From: Bacteroidota bacterium
GTDB taxonomy: Bacteria; Bacteroidota; Bacteroidia; Bacteroidales; GCA-2748055
Assembly (NCBI GenBank): GCA_039714655.1
Contig: JBDLIX010000007.1
Location: forward strand, 4,543-68,542
DNA length: 64,000 nucleotides
Direction of reading: 5' to 3'
In this document: positions 8,440 to 18,510 of the stretch, piece after piece
How the letters are laid out: every line of letters begins with the position of its first letter
How positions within the stretch are numbered: the first letter of the stretch is position 1
The notes under the pieces: generated by a model
Database searches by the model: none
Told to the model about the DNA's origin: nothing
What the model saw: only the letters and a program-made list of their open reading frames with translations
Made by a program: the position numbers and the translations under genes

Positions 8440-10780
8440 TTCTCTTTTCCAGTACACTAAATTTCACCGATTCACTGTTCCCTTTTTTATCTACCACGGT
8501 TAAACGATGCTCCCCGGGTCCAAGATCCACGGTCATTCTGTGATACTGCTTTGTGGATCCCAGGTAGAGGTCATCCATGTGCCAGTATACTTCCATCTCC
8601 GACTCGCGATGGGCCACCTCCAGAACCATGCTGCCTCTTGTTCCATCCAACTCAACCGGAATGACGATCATGCCTCTCCCGGGAGGATAAACAATTTCTA
8701 ATTCTGTATGCGCATCATCCTCACATCCCTCCATAACCGGAGGCAATGGCTGATATGAAGGATCTTTTCTTTTATAGTACCACTCCATCAAAGGCGGAAG
8801 TATAAACCATGATTCTGTTTTCATCTCCGCCAGGCTGGTGCAGCTGCTATTGACCCTGAATGCCCCATCCAGGGTGAGGTGCACGGGAGTGTGATAGGGA
8901 CACACCTCTGTAGTGAGTCCCCCGATACATATCTCAACTGTATCGGCTTCCCTGCAATGAGGACCCGCCAGATAGCCGCTTTTACTACAGACCACAGCTT
9001 GTGTCAGATCTTCCAGTGGTTTATCAAACCAGGTGGTGGCCGGCAGCAGATCGAACAGATCGAACATGAGGGGGGCAGCTGCCGACAGACCGGTCAGACC
9101 GTTTCTGCCCTCGCCGTCGGCATTCCCGGCCCATACTGCCACAAGGTATTCCGGAGTGATTCCGACGGCCCAGGCATCTCTGAATCCATAGCTGGTTCCC
9201 GTCTTCCATGCAACGGGATATGATGATTCCATTAAATACCATGATGAAAGCTCCTCAGGCCTATTTACTTTAAGCATAGATTCAAAAGTGAGATAGATTG
9301 AACCTGAGGCAATGACCCCCTGTTCCAACGGATCATCACCGGGGTACCTGACCGGAGCACTCTTGAGTAGATCAGGCATTCGAAAATCAGATTTGAAGTA
9401 GTTGCCATTGGAACCATGATAATGGTTGAGTGACCTTGCCATTGAACTGTATACCCCTGCAAGCTCCCAGAGCGTGGTCTCCGCCCCACCCAGAATCAGG
9501 GAGAGTCCATAGTGCTCATGAGAATAGGGAAATGTGGTAAAACCTAAATTCTCCAGGAAGTTTAGAAAAGGATCCACCCCGAACCTTTTAAGCATCACCA
9601 CAGAGGGCACATTCAGGGAGCGCTCCAGCGCCTGATATGCAGGCACAGCTCCTTCATAGCCCCGATTAAAATTCTTTGGAGAATAACCGTCATACCGAAT
9701 GGGTACATCGGGCAAAAGAGATCCCTGTAATAGAAGACCCCGGTCCAGCATGCCTGCAAACAGGAGCGGCTTCAGTATGCTCCCGGTACTCCTGGGACTC
9801 CTGACCACATCCACATGGTTCTCATGCAGGATTTCACCTCTTGCAGGAGAATTGCCAACATAGGCCAGGGTTTGTCCGCTCTCCACTTCAACAATCAGGC
9901 ATGCCAGGTTATGCACCTGATTCTGTTCCAGCCTCCTTGAATGAATCCCGGAAAGCTCAATTGCACGAACCTGAAGTTCCGATCTCAGGGTTGTGTGTTG
10001 TTTTTTTCCGGGCTGGTTAGCCAGAAAATAATCTGTTACATGGCCGGCCATATTGGGAAGAGGCAGAGGTTTCCCGGGAAGAGGTTCCTCCATGGCAAGG
10101 GTACAGGTGAGACTATCCAGGGTTCCTTTCTCATAGAGTTTCCATAACAACCTGTTACGTTTCTGCTTCAACAGCTCCCGGTTCCTGCCAGGATGAATGA
10201 GTGAAGGGGCATTGGGAAGTACAGCCAGCAGCGCTGATTCGGACCATGATAAATTGAAGGGATCTGTTCCGAAGTACCTCCAGGAGGCAGCCTCCAATCC
10301 CACCACATTTCCTCCAAATGGAGCATTGGAAGCGTAGCTGATCAATACCTCTTCCTTGGAGGCTGTCAACTCATACCGGAGAGCCAACAACGATTCGATC
10401 AGTTTTTGCCACAGATTCCTATCCCTGTTTTTTCTGGCCATCCGCATCACCTGCATCGTAATTGTGCTTCCACCGCTCACTACCTCTCCCTCTTTGATAT
10501 TCTGATAGAGGGCCCTGGTCAGGCTCAGCACATTGATCCCCGGATGATAGTTGAAATACCGGTCTTCATAATGGATCAGGGCTCGTGCATACTTATCGGG
10601 TAATGAATCCGATGAGGGAAATCTCCACTGTCCATCCCCGGCAATCCGCGCGCCCAACAGCTCTCCTTTCCAGTCGTATACCACAGTAGAAAGCGGATCA
10701 TCAAACAACGGATCCGGCAACATCACCCAGAACCCCATGGCCGAAATCACCAGAACAACAAGGAGCGGCAGGTTTTTCAT
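8429..10780 (-). CDS. pbpC: Penicillin-binding protein 1C
   Basis: Transglycosylase EDRYF/GGSTITMQV, transpeptidase STGSILKP, SLN and KTGT motifs, C-terminal BiPBP_C domain; directly follows alpha-2-macroglobulin. Confidence 0.95.
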   Translation of the reverse strand: MKNLPLLVVLVISAMGFWVMLPDPLFDDPLSTVVYDWKGELLGARIAGDGQWRFPSSDSLPDKYARALIHYEDRYFNYHPGINVLSLTRALYQNIKEGEVVSGGSTITMQVMRMARKNRDRNLWQKLIESLLALRYELTASKEEVLISYASNAPFGGNVVGLEAASWRYFGTDPFNLSWSESALLAVLPNAPSLIHPGRNRELLKQKRNRLLWKLYEKGTLDSLTCTLAMEEPLPGKPLPLPNMAGHVTDYFLANQPGKKQHTTLRSELQVRAIELSGIHSRRLEQNQVHNLACLIVEVESGQTLAYVGNSPARGEILHENHVDVVRSPRSTGSILKPLLFAGMLDRGLLLQGSLLPDVPIRYDGYSPKNFNRGYEGAVPAYQALERSLNVPSVVMLKRFGVDPFLNFLENLGFTTFPYSHEHYGLSLILGGAETTLWELAGVYSSMARSLNHYHGSNGNYFKSDFRMPDLLKSAPVRYPGDDPLEQGVIASGSIYLTFESMLKVNRPEELSSWYLMESSYPVAWKTGTSYGFRDAWAVGITPEYLVAVWAGNADGEGRNGLTGLSAAAPLMFDLFDLLPATTWFDKPLEDLTQAVVCSKSGYLAGPHCREADTVEICIGGLTTEVCPYHTPVHLTLDGAFRVNSSCTSLAEMKTESWFILPPLMEWYYKRKDPSYQPLPPVMEGCEDDAHTELEIVYPPGRGMIVIPVELDGTRGSMVLEVAHRESEMEVYWHMDDLYLGSTKQYHRMTVDLGPGEHRLTVVDKKGNSESVKFSVLEKRTSE

Positions 10781-13700
10781 TCCATGCTTTTAACATTCAC
10801 CCATCGACCCGGAACAAGCACTTGAATATCATTTCTGTACATCTCCTCTGCCTGAACCGAAGGAAGATAAAACCGTCCCCGGTAGGCTGCATTTAACCGG
10901 ACCGAATAGGTTGTCTTCTTGTTGACTCCAAGACTGAAATAGGTCATCACCCTGTCATCGCGGTAATCCTGGTAATTGAATGAAACAGACTCGCTCAGGG
11001 TATTGAACATTCTTTCATTGTGGATCTCCCATCCCGAAGGAAAGATAGCTGTTAATGCCAGATTATTCATATGTCCAAGGGTTCCAGGATTGGAGATGGT
11101 GTAAATTGCTTTGAAATCAACCCCCTGGGTGATCTCCGAAACATCGATCACCTCTCCCTGCATGTCTGTGTAATTCACTTTTACCGAAAGATTCTGAGCC
11201 ACAGGCTCCTCTTTGCCAGGCAGGGGAATTCCCGTATTGATCACCCTCAGGTACTGAACCCCTTCATTTCGGTTCACAACCCTGATCGTCCCTTTTGTAG
11301 CCTCACCCACATCCCCTTCAATCCGGGCGATGGAGAGGGCAGTTTCGGCCGAATGGGACCTCCCTCCGTCAATGGAGTAATCAAATTTAAGATTTTCGCT
11401 TTTCGCTACTCCTCCTGTGAATTTTGCCACTGCCATAAGGCTAAAGGCTGTGGTTTGGGTGCTCATCCACCGCTCCCCCGATAAGCCCGAGGCCACCTCT
11501 TCCATGACCGGGACCGCTTCATCCCGCATATCCATCAAAACCATGGTTTCCAGGATCATGGCCCTGTCCCGCAGGGCTGATCCATAAGAGTATCGTGAAT
11601 CGTAGTAGGGAGAAACAGTGGTGGAGACATTCCGAACCAGCTCTCTTCCTGTCTCTTTCTGTCCTGCCAGTGCATAGGCAGCTGCCAGCCTCCATTTTGC
11701 CTCGTTGACCAGATCGGTCCGTTCCCTCAAGCGATTCATCGCCCCCAGTTCCGGATTTCCGGCAAGGGCCAGGGTGAACAACCTGTAGGCCTGCAGGAGC
11801 TGCTCCTGTTTCTGCACATGCATAGTTCGTTTTCCTGAAGAGGACCATTTTCTGGCAGCTTTTCTCTGCTGTTTTTTCCAACCATTGATCAAGGTGGCGG
11901 GCACATCATACCCTTTGTTCCCGGCTTCGATCATAAAATGTCCGGCATAAGAGGTCCCCCATGAAGAGGTGTTGCTACCGCCCGGCCAATAAGAGAATGA
12001 ACCATCACTGAGCTGAAATGAGTTCAGTTTTTTAATGGCTTCCTTTACATGGGTCTCTGTCCTCTCCTTTACCCGGGGATCCAACTCCACCACATCCGCC
12101 ATGAAAAGTTGTGGAAAAGCTGCTGAAGTTGTCTGTTCGATGCATCCATGTGGAAAAGTGAGCAGGTATTTAAGCCTGCGACCAAAATCGATGGGAGGAA
12201 TATTGGACACTTCCAGTTCAAGTTCATTGGTGCCCGTCATTCCAATATATTCTACGGTCTCCTCATAAGTTGTCCCAGGATCCAAAATTGCTGTTTTGTA
12301 CAAAGTCACGGGCGGGTTGGAGGAACGAACGTTAAGTTCTATGGTATGCCTGGCACGCTCTCTTCCCGAGGAGACTTCCACATTCACCCTGGCAATTCCT
12401 GTTCTTCCGGCTGTTTTCAGGTTGAATTCAACAATCTTGTCACCCGGACCATCAAAGGTTACACTCTTGGTCAATTCATCCGCCACCAACAGCTCATTGG
12501 TCTCCAGTTTCACACGCACATCTTTGATCTTTTCATCCATAACGAACAGATTTACCGGCAGGGAGACCTCTTCATCGGGACCCAAAATCCTGGGCAGGGT
12601 TGCCAATACCATCAAGGGTTGTTTTACGGCTGTAGTTTTATCCGTGAATCCGAACGATCCGTTATGTCCGGCCACCACCATGGTCCGCACCGATCCAATG
12701 TAGTTAGGGATACTCACAGTGTGGGTCTGGCTTTTGCCCTGCAGGGTAAATGGTCCAATGAAACGGACCATGGGCGGGAAGCGGTTGGCTTCCCGCGATC
12801 CCTTACCACCCTCTTCATCGCCTCCTCCAATGTTGTAAATGCCATCTATTCTCCCCCCAAAAGCTCCAAGCACATCCTCAAACAGATCCCATGTTTTAAC
12901 GCCCAGCGCTTCCCTGGCATAAAAGGATTGCCAGGGATCGGGTGTCCGGAACCGCGTCAGGTCCAGCAATCCTTCATCAACCATGGCAATGGTATAGGTC
13001 ATCTCCTTTTGCGAAGCCTCTGAAACTGTGATTTTCACCTGTTTGTTGGGACCCAGTTCGTCGGGCATATCAATGACCGGTTGGAGTCTGGTGGCAGGAT
13101 CTTCCACAAGAATGGGGATTACACCAAAAAGTCTTATGGGCAGATCATTGCCTGTCCCTGCATGTGGCTGTATGAGCGTGGCATACACATAGATATTGGG
13201 TGTCATCTCCGGTGTGATCCGGAAACGGTAACGCGTCTCTGAACCAGAAGCTTCGATCCACTCCTGTTTCAAGACTCCCGAACCGCTCTCAAGAGAGATC
13301 AACAACCGGCCCTTCATGGAGGAGGGGATGGTCATCTCCGCCTGTTCGCCCACTTTGTAAGAGGTTTTATCCGAACTGAATGTGAGGATGGAGGCAGCAT
13401 TCGGATCTCCTTTTTTGGCCCTTCCAGCCCATCCAGGCCAATCCACATAAATGATCTTTCCTGCTGAATGTCCACTGGTTCCACTCCTGACCTGGACCAG
13501 GTAACGGCCCCATTCGGGGGTATCAATCCTGAATTTGAATGATCCCCTTCCATTCACTGTGGAGAGGGTGGTAGAGTAGACCGGCGTATGGTAGTTCCTT
13601 CCCACATAGGAGGATAGATCCTCGGAGGAAGACTCCCACCACCACTTCCATCCCAGTTTATAAATATCCACCTTCAATCCTACCCTGTTCACCGGATTTC

Positions 13701-16344
13701 CTGAGGCATCCAGGGTAACTACCTCTACCTGGTGGGTAGTATCGGTGAGCAACATTCCTCTTTTGTCACCAGGCGGTGTTTTCAGGCCCACATAGGTTCG
13801 GTAAGGAGAACAGGCTACCTGCTTTTGATCAATGCTAAAGTCACCCGATCGTTCAAATACCCTGGTTGTGAAGAGCGCCGATAACATCCCGGGAGCTTCC
13901 CCTGAAATTTCCAGTCCCTTTTCAAAGGTGGCTAAACCCGATTCATTCAGTTTACCTGAAAAGAATTGAATGGGATGTGATATTAACTCCCTTGACGGAT
14001 CATCAAAGGTAAATCCATTGTGTTTTTTGAATGCGGTCCTGGTTGGTTTAAGGAGCACCTCAACTTCTGCTTTCAGATTTCTGGCTGTGGCGCCTGTGAG
14101 CCATTTACTTTTTATCGTTCCCCCGATCTTACCCATGCCTGGATAAAGGGTGTCATGCCTGAAAGAGAGATCAATTTTTAACCGGTTAGGTTTGATGGTT
14201 TCAACACGCATCATCTTATTGAACCTGACTCCTCCCACTTTTGCAGTAATGGTATACCGTCCTGTGGGAGCATCGGTTGCGGTAGCAGTATGAAAGCTGA
14301 AAAAACCGGATCCGTTCCCATATTCCACTCTCCTGCTTACAGACTTGCCCCGGGGATCTTTTAACTCAAATATGACGGGATGGTTATCAGGTATCGGATT
14401 GGCGGCATCATCAAGAATAAAACTTATGTAGAGGGAGTCACCCGGGCGCCAGACACCCCTTTCACCATATAGAAATCCTTTCAAACCCTTCTGGACAACG
14501 GTTCCGGATACATCAAACATGCTGTAAGACAAGGCCGATCCATCATTCAACTTTAAATAGCCTTTCTCATTTTCCCGCTCCGCGATGACCAGGAATGGCT
14601 CTCCTTTCAATTGCAGTATGACGGTCCCATCCTGGTTGGTCATACCCTCAGCCATGGGTTGGTTCTGAAAATTGAAAACCTTTACCCTGGCGCTCTGAAC
14701 AGATTCTGCTTTCAACAGGTCGGTGACCGTGACATGCAACTCTTCTCCGGTACCCTTTTTAGCAATCAAACCAATATTGCTGGCCAGTATATTCCGGCTC
14801 ACACTGCGTCTCTGACCATAGTAGGCTGGTTTACAGGGGTCATCCCTGTCTTCCCATTCATAACCGTCGTAAGAATAATAGTCATAGGAACCGTAGTAGC
14901 TTTCATAGCTATCCCAGTATGACAATTCGGCCGGATCGAGGTCATCGAAATTTTCTTCCACTGCCACTTCCTCATCTGCTCTTTCCTCCTCTTCACAGGG
15001 GAACAGGGAGTGTTGTTTCCGGAATCCCAGCTCAATGCGATAGATGGCTCCAGGCTCGGTCTTCACCAGATCGGCCAGGTTCAGAGAAAAGGTATTCCAT
15101 GTTCCGTAATTGATGGACTTATCAGATATAAGATCTATCTGTTTTCTAAGAATCAGCCGTCCTGCCCGCTTCAATTCCCGGCCACCACTTAACTGATTGA
15201 TCTGTAAAAACTGTGCAATATTGCTTTCAAAGATCTTGACCACTTTCAGATCCACTGCCTTCAGGTTTACTGCCTTGAACGGTAAAAGGACCTCCTGAGA
15301 ACCAGGAATTATAACACCGTTTCCCAACAGTTGAATGGCCGGTTGAATCTCTTCAAACAACAGCTCCATACTTTCTCCCGATGTCAGACTTTTGTTGGCC
15401 ACATTCTTAATCCCTGGTTCCACGAAAAGTCTGACCGTTCCGTTTTGACGCACAACCGGATAGGCCAGGATATTGTTCCCTTCCACAGAAAACCGCATAT
15501 CTGTATCTGTCTCTAACCTCACCAGTCCATTCAGGAATTGCTGCTTCCGGATGGGATCTGAGAAACTGATGACCACATGTTGCTCGGGGTATTGCACCAC
15601 CTTATGAGCAATCACCTGGAAACTTCCCAGTGAAGGAACGGGAAATGTCTCGACTCCTTTCTGCTCTGCCCCGATTACCGAACCGTTGTAATGGATAATA
15701 ACCTCCGAATCCCTATTTTGACGTTTTACACTATCCACCATAAACTGGTGTTGTTTTCCATCTGCCGCATGATCCCATGATACCGGACGCTTCACTCCAT
15801 CCTGGACCGCATAGAGCACTTGTTCCACAGCTTCCGGATCAGCCATATCGGATATTGTTATCTTTCCGGTGAGGTAATTCTCTTCAGGATGATAGTCATT
15901 GTAGGGCCGGAACTCCTCGATACCAATCTCCACATGTTGTGCAATGGTGTGAAATTCGAATTCGAAAACTTTGGTTCCGGAAGACTCAGGGAACAGCTTT
16001 CCAAGTTTTACCTTTGCTTTAAATGTAGTTCCCTGAGGAAGTCTTTCCTGGGGAGTGAATTCTATGGTTCTTTGATCAATATATTGCAGCTCCCCTTTCA
16101 GCTCCGGGGAAAAATCGATAATCTCTTGCCTCAGAGCGGTTCCCGGAACAACAGAATCTGCAAATTCCTGTGCAAAGCGCAACTGGATTTGTGATTCAGC
16201 AGAGATTAAACCACTGGTAAAAGCCGCAATCATAGGATTGTATTTTGGTGTTTCCGGGGTATTTACCTGAGTAAAACGGTCACACTGAAATAAAAATCCT
16301 GTGAGTAGCCACAGGAGTACAAAATGAAGATACTTCGATTTCAT
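10777..16344 (-). CDS. Bacterial alpha-2-macroglobulin (YfhM-like lipoprotein)
   Basis: 1855 aa with MG domains, YGERGVWRPGD, intact thioester motif PHGCIEQ, C-terminal AEEMY; overlaps the pbpC start by 4 nt. Confidence 0.95.
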   Translation of the reverse strand: MKSKYLHFVLLWLLTGFLFQCDRFTQVNTPETPKYNPMIAAFTSGLISAESQIQLRFAQEFADSVVPGTALRQEIIDFSPELKGELQYIDQRTIEFTPQERLPQGTTFKAKVKLGKLFPESSGTKVFEFEFHTIAQHVEIGIEEFRPYNDYHPEENYLTGKITISDMADPEAVEQVLYAVQDGVKRPVSWDHAADGKQHQFMVDSVKRQNRDSEVIIHYNGSVIGAEQKGVETFPVPSLGSFQVIAHKVVQYPEQHVVISFSDPIRKQQFLNGLVRLETDTDMRFSVEGNNILAYPVVRQNGTVRLFVEPGIKNVANKSLTSGESMELLFEEIQPAIQLLGNGVIIPGSQEVLLPFKAVNLKAVDLKVVKIFESNIAQFLQINQLSGGRELKRAGRLILRKQIDLISDKSINYGTWNTFSLNLADLVKTEPGAIYRIELGFRKQHSLFPCEEEERADEEVAVEENFDDLDPAELSYWDSYESYYGSYDYYSYDGYEWEDRDDPCKPAYYGQRRSVSRNILASNIGLIAKKGTGEELHVTVTDLLKAESVQSARVKVFNFQNQPMAEGMTNQDGTVILQLKGEPFLVIAERENEKGYLKLNDGSALSYSMFDVSGTVVQKGLKGFLYGERGVWRPGDSLYISFILDDAANPIPDNHPVIFELKDPRGKSVSRRVEYGNGSGFFSFHTATATDAPTGRYTITAKVGGVRFNKMMRVETIKPNRLKIDLSFRHDTLYPGMGKIGGTIKSKWLTGATARNLKAEVEVLLKPTRTAFKKHNGFTFDDPSRELISHPIQFFSGKLNESGLATFEKGLEISGEAPGMLSALFTTRVFERSGDFSIDQKQVACSPYRTYVGLKTPPGDKRGMLLTDTTHQVEVVTLDASGNPVNRVGLKVDIYKLGWKWWWESSSEDLSSYVGRNYHTPVYSTTLSTVNGRGSFKFRIDTPEWGRYLVQVRSGTSGHSAGKIIYVDWPGWAGRAKKGDPNAASILTFSSDKTSYKVGEQAEMTIPSSMKGRLLISLESGSGVLKQEWIEASGSETRYRFRITPEMTPNIYVYATLIQPHAGTGNDLPIRLFGVIPILVEDPATRLQPVIDMPDELGPNKQVKITVSEASQKEMTYTIAMVDEGLLDLTRFRTPDPWQSFYAREALGVKTWDLFEDVLGAFGGRIDGIYNIGGGDEEGGKGSREANRFPPMVRFIGPFTLQGKSQTHTVSIPNYIGSVRTMVVAGHNGSFGFTDKTTAVKQPLMVLATLPRILGPDEEVSLPVNLFVMDEKIKDVRVKLETNELLVADELTKSVTFDGPGDKIVEFNLKTAGRTGIARVNVEVSSGRERARHTIELNVRSSNPPVTLYKTAILDPGTTYEETVEYIGMTGTNELELEVSNIPPIDFGRRLKYLLTFPHGCIEQTTSAAFPQLFMADVVELDPRVKERTETHVKEAIKKLNSFQLSDGSFSYWPGGSNTSSWGTSYAGHFMIEAGNKGYDVPATLINGWKKQQRKAARKWSSSGKRTMHVQKQEQLLQAYRLFTLALAGNPELGAMNRLRERTDLVNEAKWRLAAAYALAGQKETGRELVRNVSTTVSPYYDSRYSYGSALRDRAMILETMVLMDMRDEAVPVMEEVASGLSGERWMSTQTTAFSLMAVAKFTGGVAKSENLKFDYSIDGGRSHSAETALSIARIEGDVGEATKGTIRVVNRNEGVQYLRVINTGIPLPGKEEPVAQNLSVKVNYTDMQGEVIDVSEITQGVDFKAIYTISNPGTLGHMNNLALTAIFPSGWEIHNERMFNTLSESVSFNYQDYRDDRVMTYFSLGVNKKTTYSVRLNAAYRGRFYLPSVQAEEMYRNDIQVLVPGRWVNVKSME

Positions 16345-16361
16345 GGTTGCTTATATTGGGA

Positions 16362-16751
16362 TTACATTGTCTTTTTTAACTTCTGAAGAACCTGGTCCAG
16401 CGCCATTTTCACTCCCTTCTCAATGCTCTTATAATCCAAAATCTCCCGATGCTGGTACAGAATGATCAGGCTCAACTGCATATGATTCTTCCGAAGGTTG
16501 GAATAAAACTCAGGTTTATTTAATCGGTAAGCTTCTCTGATCCTGCGTTTCAATAAATTCCTATCCACAGCCTTTTTAAAAAGTCTTTTAGGAACAGAGA
16601 TGGCAACAGTAGCTGGATACTGTTCCATTTCTGATTGGTTGTATATGATCTTAATGGGAACCGAGGCAACAGACCTTCCCGACTGAAACAGTAAAGAGAT
16701 CGCTTTCTTGCTGGAAAGTCGCTCTCCCTTTTTGAAAGAAAAATCAGGCAT
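16362..16751 (-). CDS. rnpA: Ribonuclease P protein component
   Basis: FKKGERL, SVPKRLFKKAVDRNLLKRRIREAYR (RNR motif). The likely start is ATG 16751. Confidence 0.93.
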   Translation of the reverse strand: MPDFSFKKGERLSSKKAISLLFQSGRSVASVPIKIIYNQSEMEQYPATVAISVPKRLFKKAVDRNLLKRRIREAYRLNKPEFYSNLRKNHMQLSLIILYQHREILDYKSIEKGVKMALDQVLQKLKKTM

Positions 16752-16775
16752 AAAAAAAGGGGGATTTCTCCCCCT
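16752..16775 (-). terminator. Intrinsic terminator between hemD and rnpA
   Basis: Minus strand AGGGGGA-GAAA-TCCCCCT followed by TTTTTT: a perfect 7-bp stem with GNRA tetraloop and U-tract, immediately followed by the rnpA ATG. Confidence 0.7.
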
Positions 16776-16795
16776 CAAGGTAGTAATATTTTCAC

Positions 16796-17557
16796 TTAGG
16801 GCTTCCCGTTGCCCTTATTATAGTCCTTGATGAAGTTTTCAATCGCCATGGTCATGGAAGGCGCCTGGGGCTGTGGGGCAGTAATGTCCAGGCGTAATCC
16901 GGCTTCTTCTGCTGCCTTGGCAGTTTTTGCACCAAAGGAGGCTATTTTTGTATCGTTTTGCTTGAAATTCGGGAAATTCTGGAAAAGTGATTTTATCCCA
17001 GAAGGACTATAGAACACCAGAATATCATAATTCACATCAGCCAGATCGGACAGATCACTGCATTCAGTTCTGTATAGAATTGCCTTGGAAAAGTCGAATT
17101 TGCTCTCCATTAACAGAAGTGGAATCTCTTCCTTATGTGCGGCTGACAAAGGCAGCAGGAATTTTTCAACTTTGTGCTTGTTCATCACCTCAAGAAGATC
17201 TGTAATCTTGCCATTCCCGTAAAAAATCTTCCTTTTGCGATATACAATATACTTCTGAAGATAATAGGCGGTAGCTTCGGAGACACAGAAATATTTCATG
17301 GTATCCGGAATAGTGGTCCGGGTCTCTTCTGCCATCCTGAAATAATGATTAATTGAAGTTTTGCTGGTAAAAATAACCGCTGTGTGAGATCCTATATCAA
17401 CCTTTTCCTGTCTGAAATCCCTTGCGCTTACCCCTTCAACATGAATAAACGGCCTAAAATCAATTTTTAGATTGTGTTTGCTAGCTAAGTCAAAATAGGG
17501 GGATTTGTTATTCTCAGGTTGGGGCTGAGAAACGAGGATTTTCCTTATTCTTCCCAT
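16796..17557 (-). CDS. hemD: Uroporphyrinogen-III synthase (Bacteroidota type)
   Basis: ILVSQPQP, IDFRPFIHVEG, AVIFTSK, DILVFYSPSGIKSL; conserved DUF4271-hemD-rnpA order. Confidence 0.85.
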   Translation of the reverse strand: MGRIRKILVSQPQPENNKSPYFDLASKHNLKIDFRPFIHVEGVSARDFRQEKVDIGSHTAVIFTSKTSINHYFRMAEETRTTIPDTMKYFCVSEATAYYLQKYIVYRKRKIFYGNGKITDLLEVMNKHKVEKFLLPLSAAHKEEIPLLLMESKFDFSKAILYRTECSDLSDLADVNYDILVFYSPSGIKSLFQNFPNFKQNDTKIASFGAKTAKAAEEAGLRLDITAPQPQAPSMTMAIENFIKDYNKGNGKP

Positions 17558-17581
17558 ATACTCTCCGTTTTTAAGTCTCTA

Positions 17582-18379
17582 CTAAAGGATACCTTCTAAC
17601 CACTTGTACAGTAACACAAGAGGTGCTATTTCAAGGGCACAAAGGTACAAAAACATATAGAATATTGAAATATTTTTCTTAAAAGAAAATACTACACCTC
17701 TAATTAGTCGCATAACCACCACCAGGGCAATAGTCGCCAGGGTCAGCCAGAAAAACACACCCTGCAACACACCTGAAGTGTACACTACAAAAAGCAACAT
17801 CGGCAGAATGACCATACCCATTAACTTGTTAAATATAAAAGCATTGTATAAATATTCGCGGAAAATTCTTATGCGGTTGAAAAGAAATCCAGCCAGGTTT
17901 ATTAAGACGATCTTTCCAAAAAAAACTCCCACCAACAGGGCCAAATTAAACAGGTACAGGAGGCTGCCATGCAATCTGAGCGGAGTTACTTTTAGTCTCT
18001 CCTCCATAAAAAAAAGTAGAAAAGTCACGCTCAGGAAATACAATGCTAATAATATATTATCTAACTGCCTCTGTAATAAGCTATTATCCTTAAACATCCT
18101 GTTGGCAACCTGAAAGTTTGTAGTTGCCTGAACCGTTTGGGTAAGTAAATTTCCATAGTACAATCTGATCCATGCAAAAAACCCAAGAAGTACGAAAAGG
18201 TATATAAACAACCAGGCAGGATGAATTATCTGATCCTTGGGGACCATCTCCAATCCGGCTTCAACCGGCACAATGCCTTCTGCAATCCCGGAGAGGTCAA
18301 AAATCGATGGAAGAACCGGTTCCTTAACAGCGTTCAGCGTATCTGTGAATGGCATCATGGTAGGATCCTGGCCTGACAT
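17582..18379 (-). CDS. DUF4271-family membrane protein
   Basis: Polytopic protein ending FYMFLYLCALEIAPL, which is typical of DUF4271; upstream of hemD. Confidence 0.8.
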   Translation of the reverse strand: MSGQDPTMMPFTDTLNAVKEPVLPSIFDLSGIAEGIVPVEAGLEMVPKDQIIHPAWLFIYLFVLLGFFAWIRLYYGNLLTQTVQATTNFQVANRMFKDNSLLQRQLDNILLALYFLSVTFLLFFMEERLKVTPLRLHGSLLYLFNLALLVGVFFGKIVLINLAGFLFNRIRIFREYLYNAFIFNKLMGMVILPMLLFVVYTSGVLQGVFFWLTLATIALVVVMRLIRGVVFSFKKNISIFYMFLYLCALEIAPLVLLYKWLEGIL

Positions 18380-18397
18380 TTGCACTAAATTTGAACA

Positions 18398-18405
18398 CAA
18401 AGATA
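18398..18405 (-). promoter_or_regulatory. Bacteroidota -7 box (TATCTTTG) for DUF4271-hemD
   Basis: Plus strand CAAAGATA, 18 nt upstream of ATG 18379. Confidence 0.6.
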
Positions 18406-18510
18406 CACATCGACACTTCTTAAAAAAAGTTAATAGTTGGTGATATTTGAATTCTTTGTAGTTCCTTTATCAGCTGGAATATACTGTTCAGTATCAATAA
18501 TGAAGGCCAT

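Noticed and set aside
12148-13023. 291-aa plus-strand ORF antisense to alpha-2-macroglobulin (and similar 100-200-aa antisense ORFs throughout)
   Set aside because: Shadow of a strongly supported gene on the opposite strand; no motifs and unnatural composition.
18481-18494. ATACTG-TT-CAGTAT inverted repeat upstream of the S41 peptidase
   Set aside because: Only 6-bp arms, matches no box I know, and no second copy was noticed.
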